Shown in pieces: positions 13,640 through 25,391 of a stretch of 64,000 nt of DNA. Each line of letters starts with the position of its first letter. The first letter of the stretch is position 1. Position numbers and translations under genes: made by a program. The notes beneath the pieces are model-generated. The model searched no databases. It had not been told where the DNA came from and was given only the letters and a program-made list of their open reading frames with translations. This DNA is from Octopus sinensis (taxonomy: Eukaryota): contig NC_043006.1 in NCBI RefSeq assembly GCF_006345805.1, positions 88,722,001 through 88,786,000 on the forward strand, read 5' to 3'.

Positions 13640-13950
13640 TGCGTGTTATCGAACATACATAGATATACGATGTATGTACTTTGCTAGTTCGCCGGCTGGT
13701 TGCGATTTGACGCGGCGGAGATAACCCGCTCAAAGTGATGGGAGTTAAAACACCTGAAAATCATAGTCATATTCAAGCAAAACAACTCACCCATTCAGGA
13801 GCGATGGGCATCGATGTTTCGCCATGTTTTCGGTTCATCAATATCACGTTCCTGAACCGAAGCGGAGACAAATTGAATAGCTTGTCCATGACTATATATA
13901 AAACGGTGTAAAAGCATCTGATGATTTTCAAATATGAATTATAAGCAACT
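13640..13950 (-). mobile_element. Repeat family carrying a decayed hammerhead motif (same family as 44712-45360)
   Basis: Shares ggttgcgatttgacgcg...ttaaaacacctgaaaatcatagtcat...tgtccatgactatatata with the 44.7-45.0 kb copy. Minus strand reads TGATGA-ACCG..TGGC-GAAA-CATCGATG. Confidence 0.6.
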
Positions 13951-14107
13951 AAACAAACAAGAGAGGAGTAAATTTACTTGAGAGGCGACAGTTTCGTTTC
14001 ATATATTTGCCATGCGTGAAACTTCTGGCTCTTGAGTTACTTTCGTAACAATCTGCCGATTAAAATGTGTGTTGGGGGTGGATGTGTTTGTGTTTATATT
14101 TGGATTT

Positions 14108-14232
14108 TGTACTTTAGTTTATCGAGCATAGAAGGATGAAAGGTGAAACTGACGTCGGTGGCATTTGAGCTCAGAATGTAAAAAACAGAAGAAAAGCCGC
14201 AAGGCATTTTTTCGTCGCACCAACGATTCTGA
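14108..14232 (-). mobile_element. Nin-type SINE, degenerate
   Basis: gaaggatgaaaggtgaaactgacgtcggtggcatttgagctcagaatgtaa homologous to the family. Confidence 0.65.
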
Positions 14233-14519
14233 TAGGTCTTGGTCTCGGTCTCTGCACATGAGATATAATGACAGCATTAAAACTGTTATTTCTCACCGTC
14301 CTTATTCCGACTTACGCGTTAAGCCACCGAAATTTTGAATAAATTATAAAATATTAATTCAAAATACTACACACATATACACACACACATTATTCAAATC
14401 TAAAACCTATAGATGTATATTGGTAAAATAATATAATAAAATTAAGAATAATAATGTTTTTTCATTCAGACACAAGGCATGTAATTTTTAGGGAAGAGTC
14501 TAATCGATATGATTGCGTT

Positions 14520-14790
14520 TTACCGGTATCGGAAGAATGAAAGCAAAGTTGACCCCCAGGGAATAAAAGGATAAAGCTCCTTCTCTTAAAGGGCCGGTTT
14601 CCCGGATTGTCTGACGTATATTCTCCCCCACTGGTAAGAGGGGCGCTAACCCCTCGTATGAATATTCATTTTTGCCAGTTAAATGGACTGAAGCAATGTG
14701 AAATGAAGTATTTTGCTTCAGAAATCGATACCACAATCTTATGATCTTTAGTCCAACACCTTAATCACTAAGCCACGTTCCCTCTGATCT
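14520..14790 (-). mobile_element. tRNA-derived SINE
   Basis: Minus-strand head gagggaacgtggcttagtgattaaggtgttggact...gtatcgattt; body shared with 3640-3936. Confidence 0.55.
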
Positions 14791-14917
14791 CTGTCACATT
14801 TTAACTTAAAATGTTTACAGCCGTTCGAATATTGCAAAGCATTTTTGCGATGTTCCCAAGAGTTTGCCAAGTCAACTGGAATATGATGTGTATTTTTTAA
14901 AGTCAATTATTCTCCGG

Positions 14918-15201
14918 CCCCAACCTTGCTGTATCCGCCGTAAGCCCGAGTATCGCCATCCGTAACACAGAGAAGAGTAAGATACATAAAGACAGGAGCC
15001 TGACCGGCCGCTATCACTTTGTGCCGGTCGCCAACGAGACCTCATTTGTCCTCGGGCCCTGCACTGCTGATTTCTTCCACAAAATCAGGAAAACAACGTC
15101 TGAGAAATGAGCCCCGTGAGGTGGAGTGGCTATTGCAGCTTGTGATGCTGGTCATTCTCTGTGACAACACCTTTGCAATCATGTCTGAGAGGCGTGACTA
15201 A
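14918..15201 (+). pseudogene. CRE-like non-LTR retrotransposon, restriction-like endonuclease (RLE) C-terminal remnant
   Basis: EKSKIHKDRSLTGRYHFVPVANETSFVLGP ... EPREVEWLLQ, matching the K-x-K-Y...FVPxAVETxGxxG pattern. Confidence 0.7.
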
Positions 15202-15434
15202 ACATGCCATTTTGGTTTAGGGTGTAAAACCTGTTACTCCCTCCGCTCATCTTCTTTTTACCTCTTACTTTTTGCTTTGTTTTCTCTGTGTGTGTGTCTG
15301 TCTGTCTGTCTGTCTGTGTCTGTGTGTGTGCGTGTGTGCGTGTGTGCTGCTGACTGACACTTTGAATGGTATAGCAAGCTGCGAAATTCTTTCATTCTCT
15401 CGATTTCCTGAAATTCAGAGCGCCTCATGGTCAC

Positions 15435-15775
15435 AACACACAAAATGGAAAAGACGTTGCCCTGGAGGATGGCGAGAAAGATGCACTGAAACATCCACTC
15501 TCACTCACGGGGTTCGCACTTACGGATATCCATCTCCGCCCGGATAGCGGTGAGCAGGGATATGGTCAGGAAGCCGAGAACCCCAGCGGTCTCCATTGCC
15601 ACAGGCTCGACCATAAACCAGTCAAATATCGACCCATACTTGCTTTTCCCAGCCTAGCGAGTAGCGGGGCCTGGGCTGGTAGCTGAACACACCAAGGTGC
15701 CGCTGGAGAAGGTGTCATAGCATGTAACATCCCAGATGAGGGGGGGGGAGGCTACCGTCAGGGAACGAGAAAATT
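15435..15775 (-). pseudogene. CRE-like RLE C-terminal remnant
   Basis: PDG...LIWDVTCYDTF...KSKYGSIFDWFMVEPVAMETAGVLG...EWMFQCIFLAILQGNVFSIL. Confidence 0.75.
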
Positions 15776-16452
15776 GTTATACTGTCAGACGCTTTGTCGT
15801 TCCCTCGATCTAGCCCTGTTGACTCCAGCTGGAAATAGTAGCCTACTCCATCTATTTGTTGTTGTTGTTGGTTTTCCATAATTTGATCTTCTAAACTTTT
15901 AATGCTTTTTCTTTCTTTTCTTCTTGTGAAAGTGTTGCTAAATACATAAATAAAAACCATTACGTTTCATATGACGGATAACTTTGGGATTATATTTTTG
16001 CTACCAGGGGTAATATCAGAAAATATGGCATACGATAAACATACAATAATTATAAATTTAACTTTTATCAAATTTCCTGGCGTTTATACAAAATGAAATG
16101 AATACTATTCGAAAGGAAAAATATTTATTACTTCAAAATAAAATTAACTAAAATAAATTTCTCATTCGTATAACTCCTCCCATAACTACTGTCATTTACT
16201 CCTTCTTCTCTGTCTCTATGGTTCTTTCTCTTCACTCGTCCTGTACCTCTTTTGTTAACTCTGTGTATCTCTCTTTCCCCTTTCTTATTACGATGTAAAG
16301 AGTAGCTGCAGAATCTAACCAACCAGCCAACCAACCAGCCAACATTTATATTTGCCGTTATTATATAGTGACTATATAGTCTGCACATTAAATATTTTAA
16401 CGGTATCTTATTTATCTGCTTGCATTCTCTACCTGTCTCGCTCTGTATCTGA

Positions 16453-16570
16453 AGGTAGGTGTTCCAGTAGTTAAAGTGTTACAATTCCGATCACAAGATC
16501 GTGGTTTCGATTCCCGGACCGAGCAGTGCATTGTATTCCCGAGCAAAACATCTCATGTCACATAGCTCCA
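16453..16570 (+). mobile_element. tRNA-derived SINE head
   Basis: ggtaggtgttccagtagttaaagtgtt...gtggtttcgattcccgg (A/B-box-like). Confidence 0.5.
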
Positions 16571-18149
16571 TTTCACAGAGTTTTAATCTGCCAACCTTAT
16601 CTCTCTGTCTCTATATATTTCATCCTTTTCTATTTTTAATGCTTCATGCTTTAACTATATTAACAAACTTTCAACAGAACCAGCCGAGAGATTGTGTTCG
16701 TATCGTATATCCTGTGTTCAATAACTTGCACTAACCACGCAAAAAAGCTCTCGATGATTAACAATAACCATCTATAGTTGGGAATTCCCATGTCATCTAG
16801 TATTTAGTTCAGTCATAATGTATCTAGAATCATTTTATTCAATGTGTCCTTCCTTTTTAATTGGGGTTCGATTTGAGGCATATTTGACTACAATATCTAG
16901 CACGTTAAGCGATCCAAGAGAATTTCTGTTGCTAGTTTGTGTTGTCATTAGTAAAGAGAATACTATTTAGCACCTTGTCTACCGTAATAGAGCAAACTTC
17001 TCATCAACATGCATTTACAGCTGCATGCTGGAGTAGCACTTTAGCATTAACGAATGTTTCAGTGCTTCATAATGCTGAAGTAGACCGGCATTTTATCCAG
17101 AGGAAATCAGAGATAATCCCCAAGTCCACGAATCCTTGAGATTTAGAAAAAAGACTAGTACTACTGATAATAACTCAACTACTGCTACCAATTTAGTTGT
17201 GTGGTAAGGGCAGAGGCAAAAATGTGTCAGCAGAATAATTTGAGGCTTGAATTGAAAATTATGTGGTCAAATAGTCCAATAGCTTGAGCCTTGCCTCTGC
17301 CTTGGTATAAATTCCTGAAAAAATATTTAGCTTTTCTCCAAATAAGAACTGGAAAAATCTCTATAGCTGTTCCTTCTTTGATTACTTACCTAAAAGATAA
17401 CTATTCTAAGGAATTAAACCAAATAATTCTATGATTTATTGAATTATTATGAGCAAGTAAAACGGTGAGAATCAAGACACTGATATGCATAGTCATTCTT
17501 AACACCTTCCGACACACTGAGGGCTCCGCGATAGCTTTGACTAAAGAGACGCAATGAGGTCGAAACATCAGGTTATCAAAGTATCCCTATATTATTTAAT
17601 AGAATGAGTTGCCAACACGCATCATCTGAAGGGAGAAGTTGTTCTCTGGAGTTGAAACACATATTTAAATCTGCTGGAACGTATTAAGAAAGAATGTGAA
17701 TACCATATTCTATAAGATTTTGTTTTCCCAAAATAATACACATATGTTATGCCACTAATGTCTGGTAATAAAAATCAAACAGAAATCACGTATCAGTACT
17801 ATAATAGGATTGAGTCAAATCATTATATCTTTCCTCCTTATCTGACAAGATATTCAAAACCATTTCTCAAAGACAGTGCAGATAATACACAAAGCAATTC
17901 CGAATTGTGTCTAACCAGTTCATAATTTCTAGTTATTGCTATTTTGCTATATGTCAGTACTAATTCAGAAGACTTCTGATCAGATGAGTTCCAGTCGTGA
18001 CCATTTCGTCCTTTTATTTGTCAGGCATATTGCTTATCTTACAAACAGGTGTTATTTGGGTTACATTGCTATTTCTAATAAATCATGTGAAGCAAGCTCT
18101 TTCTCCTCGTTTGGATCAATAATGTCTGACTATCTGGCTCACTTACACT

Positions 18150-18640
18150 TCTCTAACTTAAATAAAATTACATACCTTTCGGCCAAAATTGTCCTAGGCC
18201 GTATCTAAATTAATAACACCACCTGACAGAATCTGTTAAGTCATTTATAAGTCAAGTTCTGTGGTACTATCGCCCATTCAGGTGGGGAGTTGTTGACTGA
18301 GATGTATCCAGGCCCAGGAAGTTTATCTGGTATCCCTTAAATTTGTCGAGAAGTTTTTCTTTGATTTGTTTTGGAATAATGCTGATTTACTCTTTCCCCC
18401 TAAATCCCAGTTGGGTACATTGCTGCGGTATGGATAATAATACAATTAAAGTGAGGTCAATACACTTTACAAAAGAAGTGTTCCTAAAGTCACAAAATGT
18501 TCAACTAGTTTACATCGCTAACTTGAAATGCTATCTTCAAAACCCAGCATTAAACATAAACTATTTTAATCAGCTTGACTAAAGTTAAAGTCTTCGATCC
18601 TCGGGCACAAATTAACAGAGGTCATTGTTTTGTTGAGGTC
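18150..18640 (-). pseudogene. CR1-clade LINE 3' end, degenerate
   Basis: Minus strand IPKQIKE, RIPDKLPGPGY, and tail caggtggtgttattaatttagatacggcc...ggccgaaag homologous to 44400-44550. Confidence 0.7.
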
Positions 18641-19159
18641 TAATATTGATAAAAAGTATATCAGTGGAAATTGGTCCAGCGTTCGGATTCCAGCACTGTG
18701 TTCGATAAACATCCACAGTCAAGTGAGAAATTTGTCAAATAATTCAGTCCGCAGCTGGTTCAGCTAATTAGTGGAATCAACGCGTAATCGAGGAATGTAG
18801 CAGCTGTTGTTGTCGTCGCTGCTTGTTCCCAGTTTAGCGCTGATATATCTGGCATTTGATCATAGGTGTGTCATCTGTGACTATCGCATATATGTTCTTG
18901 TCACAGCCGATTGGTTAAGAAGCTCACTTCATGAATATGTATTTCTGAATTCTATCTTAGAGCACAACTTCTAGAGCATGCGCTTTTATTATAACCTCTA
19001 GTGAAGGTGGAGGTAGAGTCCCGAAAGATCCCAGAAGGGCGACAAATGTAGAGAAATATATGGGTGCGATGGAAGGCCACTCCATGACCATATTAAACAA
19101 CTACAAGTCCTCGTTTAACATTCAGGAGAGATGTGAAGTTACAACATTGGTGAGACATT

Positions 19160-19258
19160 CATACATACATACATACATACATACATACATACATACATAC
19201 ATACATACATACATACATACATTCATTCATTCATTCATTCATTCATTCATTCATTCAT
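19160..19258. repeat. (CATA)n/(CATT)n microsatellite
   Basis: Directly visible. Confidence 0.95.
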
Positions 19259-19889
19259 CATTCTCTAGAGACGAGCAAATTGTGATTAGCACAGTAATTT
19301 ATTCGAAACAAAACGCCGGATCCAGTAAACAATTCAAAACATTTGATGGTCTGTGACTAATCTTTCCCAGATTGATCTGGGATTTGTGTGTACCGAAGCA
19401 ACATAGATTAAAATGCTATATTCCAGAAACACCAAACAAAATTCGAACTCTTATTGAATGAGTTATTTATCGAGTACTTTAGCAATTGAAAATTGAATAA
19501 GTAACTGTCATGCATTGAGAAGATGGCACTTTTGTACTATTCTTTAGTATTAACATCACAAGGATACTATCATGTAGCATTATCACATAAAGTCTGTCTG
19601 CAATAAATTTAATATCACTTTGGTCATTTTACGAAGATGCTGTAATATATAATTCAAATGTTTATTTGTTTCGTTATCTTTTTTTTCATTAAGAAACCAG
19701 TCTGATTAATTAATTACGACCACAGAAACTCAATACTGAATGAAAACTTTCAGCATATATTTCATTCAACTATGTGAAAGATCACTTAGCTACAATCAAT
19801 TAATGGTCGTAGACAATTTTCTCTCGAACTAATTATAGTTTCTATGAGTACACAAAAGAAGCAGACCAAATTATAATAATTTCTATCTT

Positions 19890-20030
19890 AAGCACAAGGC
19901 CAACAATTTTTGAGGGGGTGGGAGTAGTCGATACCCTCGTCTCCAGTACTTGACTGGTACTTAATTTTATCGATCTCAAGTACAAAAGCACAGTTGATCT
20001 CGACGGGATTTGAACTCAGAACCTGGCTGC
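19890..20030 (-). mobile_element. Nin-type SINE, partial
   Basis: gcacaaggccaacaatt...gactggtacttaattttatcgatc...tttgaactcagaac. Confidence 0.7.
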
Positions 20031-20299
20031 AGGGCCACATTCAGTACAACATATTCCACGCAAAATGTTGCAAGTTGAAGAAATGCACATACAGATTTTT
20101 TTTTAAGAGAAACAAGGACTTTCACCCCGTATTAGAAGCCACCAACTAGGTAGTATCAGAGAATCCTTATATTTTCAAACACGCTCCGTTCTAGTAAATT
20201 ACTCCTCCCAACAGCTCACCCCATACGGAAATAAATCAATTGCTTTTTGTTTTGACACACTAATACCAGCACTTTCAACAAATATACTTGACACCAGTA

Positions 20300-20650
20300 A
20301 CTTCTTCTCCACTCTTACACCGCTACAGCGCTGACACCTGAACCATCCTCAAACAGGACCTGGACAAGCTCGCGGTGTTTCAAATGCTGTGTCTTCGTTA
20401 GATTCTTGATGTCTCTCTACGAGACCGATTCTCAGACAACATCCGAAAACAATGCTAGTAACAACAGTAGCAGCAGCAGCCGACAGCGTGACATTTCGGC
20501 AGCGCAGGCTACAGTGGCTTAGTCACGTCTGTATGATGAGCATCGAAAGACTACCACACCAACTTTTGTGGCGGCAGCGACCTACACATTACAAAATCCA
20601 GCACTGCACACCAAAGAAGACACGAGCGAAACAAACTGAAAAAACCTGAA
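20300..20650 (+). pseudogene. RTE-clade LINE RT C-terminal remnant
   Basis: TILKQDLDKLAVFQMLCLR*IL ... RQRRLQWLSHVCMM...RLPHQLLW. Confidence 0.75.
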
Positions 20651-21316
20651 GACGTAGCATCACAATCTCAAGTATGCTAAGGTCAGTGCCATGAATAACG
20701 TTATCACCAGAGTTTATCATCCAGCGGCACCCACAGCAGGATAAAGGTTGAGAGGGTAGCCTTCCTCTTCGGTCACCAGGTAGGGATTTTACTTCCTACT
20801 TCAGCATGATACCGACTTCTACTATTTGTGTGATGTCCGACATTGACAGTAACAAATTCTGTCAGGGTATGATTTGACGGCTCTTTTGAATCTCAGTTTG
20901 GTGCGGAGTCGCATAAGCTCATCCAACGTCTATAGTAATAGATCAAGAATAAAAAGACATAGAAGTTATACGATGAAACGTAATTCTGTTCGGAATTGTC
21001 TGAAAATCTTATATTATAAAAGAGATCTCCGTCTGTCTGTCCGTAATAACATCTGTGCAGAAAGGGAGAAGGAGAGGAGAAAAAGTTGTTGTTGAGGGAG
21101 AAATAGTGTGAGGAGAGAGAGGGAGAGATAGAGAGGGGAGAGGGAGAGAGAGAGAGTGTGTGTGTGCGTGCGTGCGTGTGTTTGGAAGATAGATAAATAG
21201 GTAGTGTTGTCACCTTAGTAACTAACAAGATTTGATTACAAATCAAGTGCAAGTCTATCAACACAATGCAACACAGACTTCAAAACAAGACTATATATAT
21301 GTATATAATGCATATA

Positions 21317-21720
21317 GGCACGGGAGTGGCTGTGTGCTAAGTAGCTTGCTTACCGACTACATGGTTCCGGGTTCAGTCCCACTGCGTGGCATCTTGGGCA
21401 AGTGTCTTCTACTATAGCCTCAGGCCGACCAAAGCCTTGCGAGGGGATTTGGTAGAGGGAAACTGAAAGAAGCCCGTCGTATGTATGTGAATAAATATGT
21501 GTGTGTATGTTTGTGTGTCTGTGTTTGTCTCCCTAGCATTGCTTGACAACCGATGCTGGTGTGTTTATGTCCCCGTCACTTAGCGGTTCAGCAAAACAGA
21601 TCGATAGAATAAGTACTAGGCTTACAAAGAATAAGTCTCATGGTTGAATTGCTCGACTAAAAGCGGTGCTCCAGCATGGCCACAGTCAAATGACTGAAAC
21701 AAGTAAAAGAGTAAAAGAGT
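21317..21720 (+). mobile_element. CORE-type SINE, full length
   Basis: tRNA-like head, CORE-like block, central (TG)n, 3' stem-loop and (gtaaaaga)n tail. Confidence 0.9.
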
Positions 21721-22060
21721 GTAGTTAATTTTTGTTGTTTTTGTGTGTGTTTCTGTAGATCTTTCGATATATTAACAACGCAACAGATATTTAGAAAAAA
21801 AGACTTTTACTTTGAACAATTTATGAAGGCACGGGCATGACTGAGAAATGTATTTACCGGCAGCATAGTGATGGGTAACGACCAAGTCTCAGTGGAAAGA
21901 AATGCCAAGGTCTTCAGCAGTACTTTCCCTAGAATATGAAACTCTGTATGTGAGGAGTGTTTATATTTTTTTGCAATAATATATTGAGTTAAACTGTAAA
22001 CATCTTACTTTAAGTCGTTGTTCCTTTCTGTGATACTAGGTACGTGTTAAATATTAGCTG
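21556..22060 (+). repeat. One arm of a ~505-bp inverted duplication (partner 27035-27537)
   Basis: SINE 3' half plus about 340 bp of flank is reverse-complementary to 27035-27537 with few mismatches. Confidence 0.9.
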
Positions 22061-22366
22061 AAAATTCGTGAAATATATTTTAATAAATTTGATATTTCAA
22101 AACTGATTGTTCCCATCGATAAATGTTTCGCAGCAATCAGTGAGACAGAGGAAAAAAAGATCTTTGCATTTTTGTAGAAGTGATATGTCTAACCAATCAG
22201 CAGCTTTATTACACGGATGCTGTGACCTACATAAAGCAAATGACCAATCATGATTGCTGTATTATGCGGTTGAAGACCAAGATGTCGTCTGCTGATAAGA
22301 TGATTCGGAGAATGCTGCTTTTGCAGTGCATATCATTTCATCGGCAACTAAAAAATGAAAATTAAA

Positions 22367-22421
<55 letters not shown>

Positions 22422-22436
22422 TATATATATATATAC

Positions 22437-22472
<36 letters not shown>

Positions 22473-22687
22473 AATTAGGGTAGCAAAAAAATCAATAGAA
22501 ATTTATCGCTACCAGCGGCCTGATGGAAAAGAGAAAATAGTCATCGACTAATATATAAATATAACAATTTAGGAGTGACCCCAACAGGTCACTCGTCCAC
22601 CAGAAAGAGCAGCCATAACTCACACCGCCAAGTAGTAGTAGTAATTAGAAATTAGGTGAAAATTTAAAAAACATTTACCCTAATTCA

Positions 22688-22789
22688 TCTTTTAGACGTT
22701 GCAACGTTTCTGTGTCATTAATGATTAAATTAGCTTAATTAAATTAAATTAAGCCAATCTACCATAGGTTACACTTCATCAGTAAAAGA
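22688..22789 (-). ncRNA. Type I hammerhead ribozyme (copy 1)
   Basis: tctttta-CTGATGA-a-gtgt...acac-a-GAA-ACGTTGCAACGT-C-taaaaga: 7-bp stem I, GUC triplet, palindromic stem III. Confidence 0.75.
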
Positions 22790-23162
22790 CCTGGGAGAGA
22801 CAAATATACACGAGGCGTCTGTATCGATGCCTACGGGATATCTGACTTAAAATTTTCAAGACTGACGTATTCGCGCCAAACTTATCAACAGTAAATATAA
22901 ACTGCCGATTCAATCTCAGAATTATTCAGAAAATTATCAATTAGTCAATTTAGGGTAGCAAAAAAATTGAATAGAAATTTATCGCTACCAGCGGCCTGAT
23001 GGAAAAGAGAAAATAGTCATCGACTAAATATATAAATATAACAATTTAGGAGTGACCCCAACAGGTCACTCGTCCACCAGAAAGAGCAGCCATAACTCAC
23101 ACCGCCAAGTAGTAGTAATTTAGAAATTAGGTGAAAATTTAAAAAACATTTACCCTAATTCA

Positions 23163-23264
23163 TCTTTTAGACGTTGCAACGTTTCTGTGTCATTAATGAT
23201 TAAATTAGCTTAATTAAATTAAATTAAGCCAATCTACCATAGGTTACACTTCATCAGTAAAAGA
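23163..23264 (-). ncRNA. Type I hammerhead ribozyme (copy 2)
   Basis: Same motif, 475 bp from copy 1. Confidence 0.75.
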
Positions 23265-23899
23265 CCTGGGAGAGACAAATATACACGAGGCGTCTGTATC
23301 GATGCCTACGGGATATCTGACTTAAAATTTTCAAGACTGACGTATTCGCGCCAAACTTAATCAACAGTAAATATAAATGCCGATTCAATCTCAGAATTAT
23401 TCAGAAAATTATCAATTAGTCAATTTAGGGTAGCAAAAAAATTCAATAGAAATTTATCGCTACCAGCGGCCTGATGGAAAAGAGAAAATAGTCATCGACT
23501 AAATATATAAATATAACAATTTAGGAGTGAATTAGGGTAAATGTTTTTTAAATTTTCACCTAATTTCTAAATTACTACTACTTGGCGGTGTGAGTTATGG
23601 CTGCTCTTTCTGGTGGACGAGTGACCTGTTGGGGTCACTCCTAAATTGTTATATTTATATATTTAGTCGATGACTATTTTCTCTTTTCCATCAGGCCGCT
23701 GGTAGTGATAAATTCTATTGAATTTTTTTGCTACCCTAAATTGACTAATTGATAATTTTCTGAATAATTCTGAGATTGAATCGGCAGTTTATATTTACTG
23801 TTGATAAGTTTGGCGCGAATACGTCAGTCTTGAAAATTTTAAGTCAGATATCCCGTAGGCATCGATACAGACGCCTCGTGTATATTTGTCTCTCCCAGG

Positions 23900-24001
23900 T
23901 CTTTTACTGATGAAGTGTAACCTATGGTAGATTGGCTTAATTTAATTTAATTAAGCTAATTTAATCATTAATGACACAGAAACGTTGCAACGTCTAAAAG
24001 A
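23900..24001 (+). ncRNA. Type I hammerhead ribozyme (copy 3, inverted block)
   Basis: Core CTGATGA 23907-23913, GAAA 23979-23982, palindrome 23982-23993, C17 at 23994, stem I 23900-23906 / 23995-24001. Confidence 0.75.
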
Positions 24002-24132
24002 TGATTAGGGTAAATGTTTTTTAAATTTTCACCTAATTTCTAAATTACTACTACTTGGCGGTGTGAGTTATGGCTGCTCTTTCTGGTGGACGAGTGACCT
24101 GTTGGGGTCACTCCTAAATTGTTTATATATAT

Positions 24133-24166
<34 letters not shown>

Positions 24167-24184
24167 ATATATATATATATATAT

Positions 24185-24594
24185 ACTCTTTTACTCTTTT
24201 ACTCTTTTAGTTGTTTCAGTCATTTGACTGCGGCCATGCTGGAGCACCGCCTTTAGTCGAGCAAATCGACCCCGGAACTTATTCTTTGTAAGCCCAGTAC
24301 TTATTCTATCGGTCTCTTTTGCCGAATCGCTAAGTGCCGGGGACGTAAACACACCAGCATCGGTTGTTAGGCAATGCTAGGGGGACAAACACAGACACAA
24401 AAACACATATATATATATATATACATAAATACGACAGGCTTCTTTCAGTTTCCGTCTACCAAATCCACTCACAAGGCATTGGTCGGCCCGGGGCTATAGC
24501 AGAAGACACTTGCCCAAGATGCCACGCAGTGGGACTGAACCCGGAACCATGTGGTTGGTTAGCAAGCTACTTACCACACAGCCACTCCTGCGCC
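24185..24594 (-). mobile_element. CORE-type SINE, full length
   Basis: Complete head-to-tail family copy with (ctctttta)n tail. Confidence 0.92.
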
Positions 24595-24595
24595 T

Positions 24596-24624
24596 ATATA
24601 TACATATATATATACAATATATAT

Positions 24625-24666
<42 letters not shown>

Positions 24667-24730
24667 ATTATATATATATATATATACATATATATAGGCA
24701 TATATATATATATATATATATACACAACAT

Positions 24731-24762
<32 letters not shown>

Positions 24763-24767
24763 CATAC

Positions 24768-24804
<37 letters not shown>

Positions 24805-24824
24805 AGTGTGTGTGTGCGTGTGTG

Positions 24825-24862
<38 letters not shown>
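24596..24862. repeat. (TA)n/(TG)n microsatellite
   Basis: Directly visible. Confidence 0.95.
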
Positions 24863-24863
<1 letters not shown>

Positions 24864-25144
24864 AAACGATTTGTCGATTTCGTAAAAGAATGGCTCGAAT
24901 TCAATTGCAAAGAAAGGGAAATCATTATTGAAATTGCGATGAAGTTGGGAATTAAATCTTGTGATACAGAATCACTTATCACACAGTCCACAATGAATAT
25001 TGTTGATATAATTAGGACACCAAAAATCTTTTCCTCTATGTTACGCATCTTTACAGTGAAAGTTTAGAAAAAGGAGAAAGAGTCCTTTCAACCCCATTAC
25101 TCAGCTCGTATTCGCCGCCTTGATAATAGTAATTATACTTTCTA

Positions 25145-25330
25145 CAAGAGGCACAAGACCTTAAATTCGTGGGAGGCAGTTAGTTCTTAACTGGTACTTA
25201 TTTGATCGACCTCGAAAGGTTGAAAGGTAAAGCCGACCTCTGCGTAATTTGAATTCAGAACGTAAGGACGGACGAAAAGCCGCTAAGCATTTTGTTAGGC
25301 GTGCTAACGATTCTGCCAGCTCGCTGCCTT
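25145..25330 (-). mobile_element. Nin-type SINE
   Basis: Family motifs gaccccgaaaggatgaaaggcaaagtcgacctcggc-like, and gctaacgattctgccagctcg. Confidence 0.8.
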
Positions 25331-25353
25331 AGTTATACTACTACTACTACTGC

Positions 25354-25391
<38 letters not shown>

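Larger units (their letters stand above)
22470..24123. mobile_element. Hammerhead-containing 475-bp tandem array plus inverted block (retrozyme / PLE pseudo-LTR-like)
   Basis: Units start at 22470, 22944 and 23419 (third partial, to 23530). 23531-24123 is about 1.25 units inverted. Both ends abut (TA)n; no ORF in the track. Confidence 0.85.

Noticed and set aside
17500-17580. HHR-like CTAAAGA-GAC..GTC-GAAACATC
   Set aside because: Core altered and stem I does not pair; at most a relic.
21317-21400. tRNA-like sequences at SINE heads
   Set aside because: A/B boxes only, followed by SINE bodies; no cloverleaf, so not tRNA genes.
21855-21915. Possible minus-strand HHR (CTGCTGA-A-GACC..GGTC-GTTAC)
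   Set aside because: GAAA is replaced by GTTA and there is no stem I or III pairing.
22470-24123. CRISPR-like or telomeric interpretation of the array (single TTAGGG motifs near junctions)
   Set aside because: Units are 475 bp with no unique spacers; TTAGGG occurs only singly, not as tracts.
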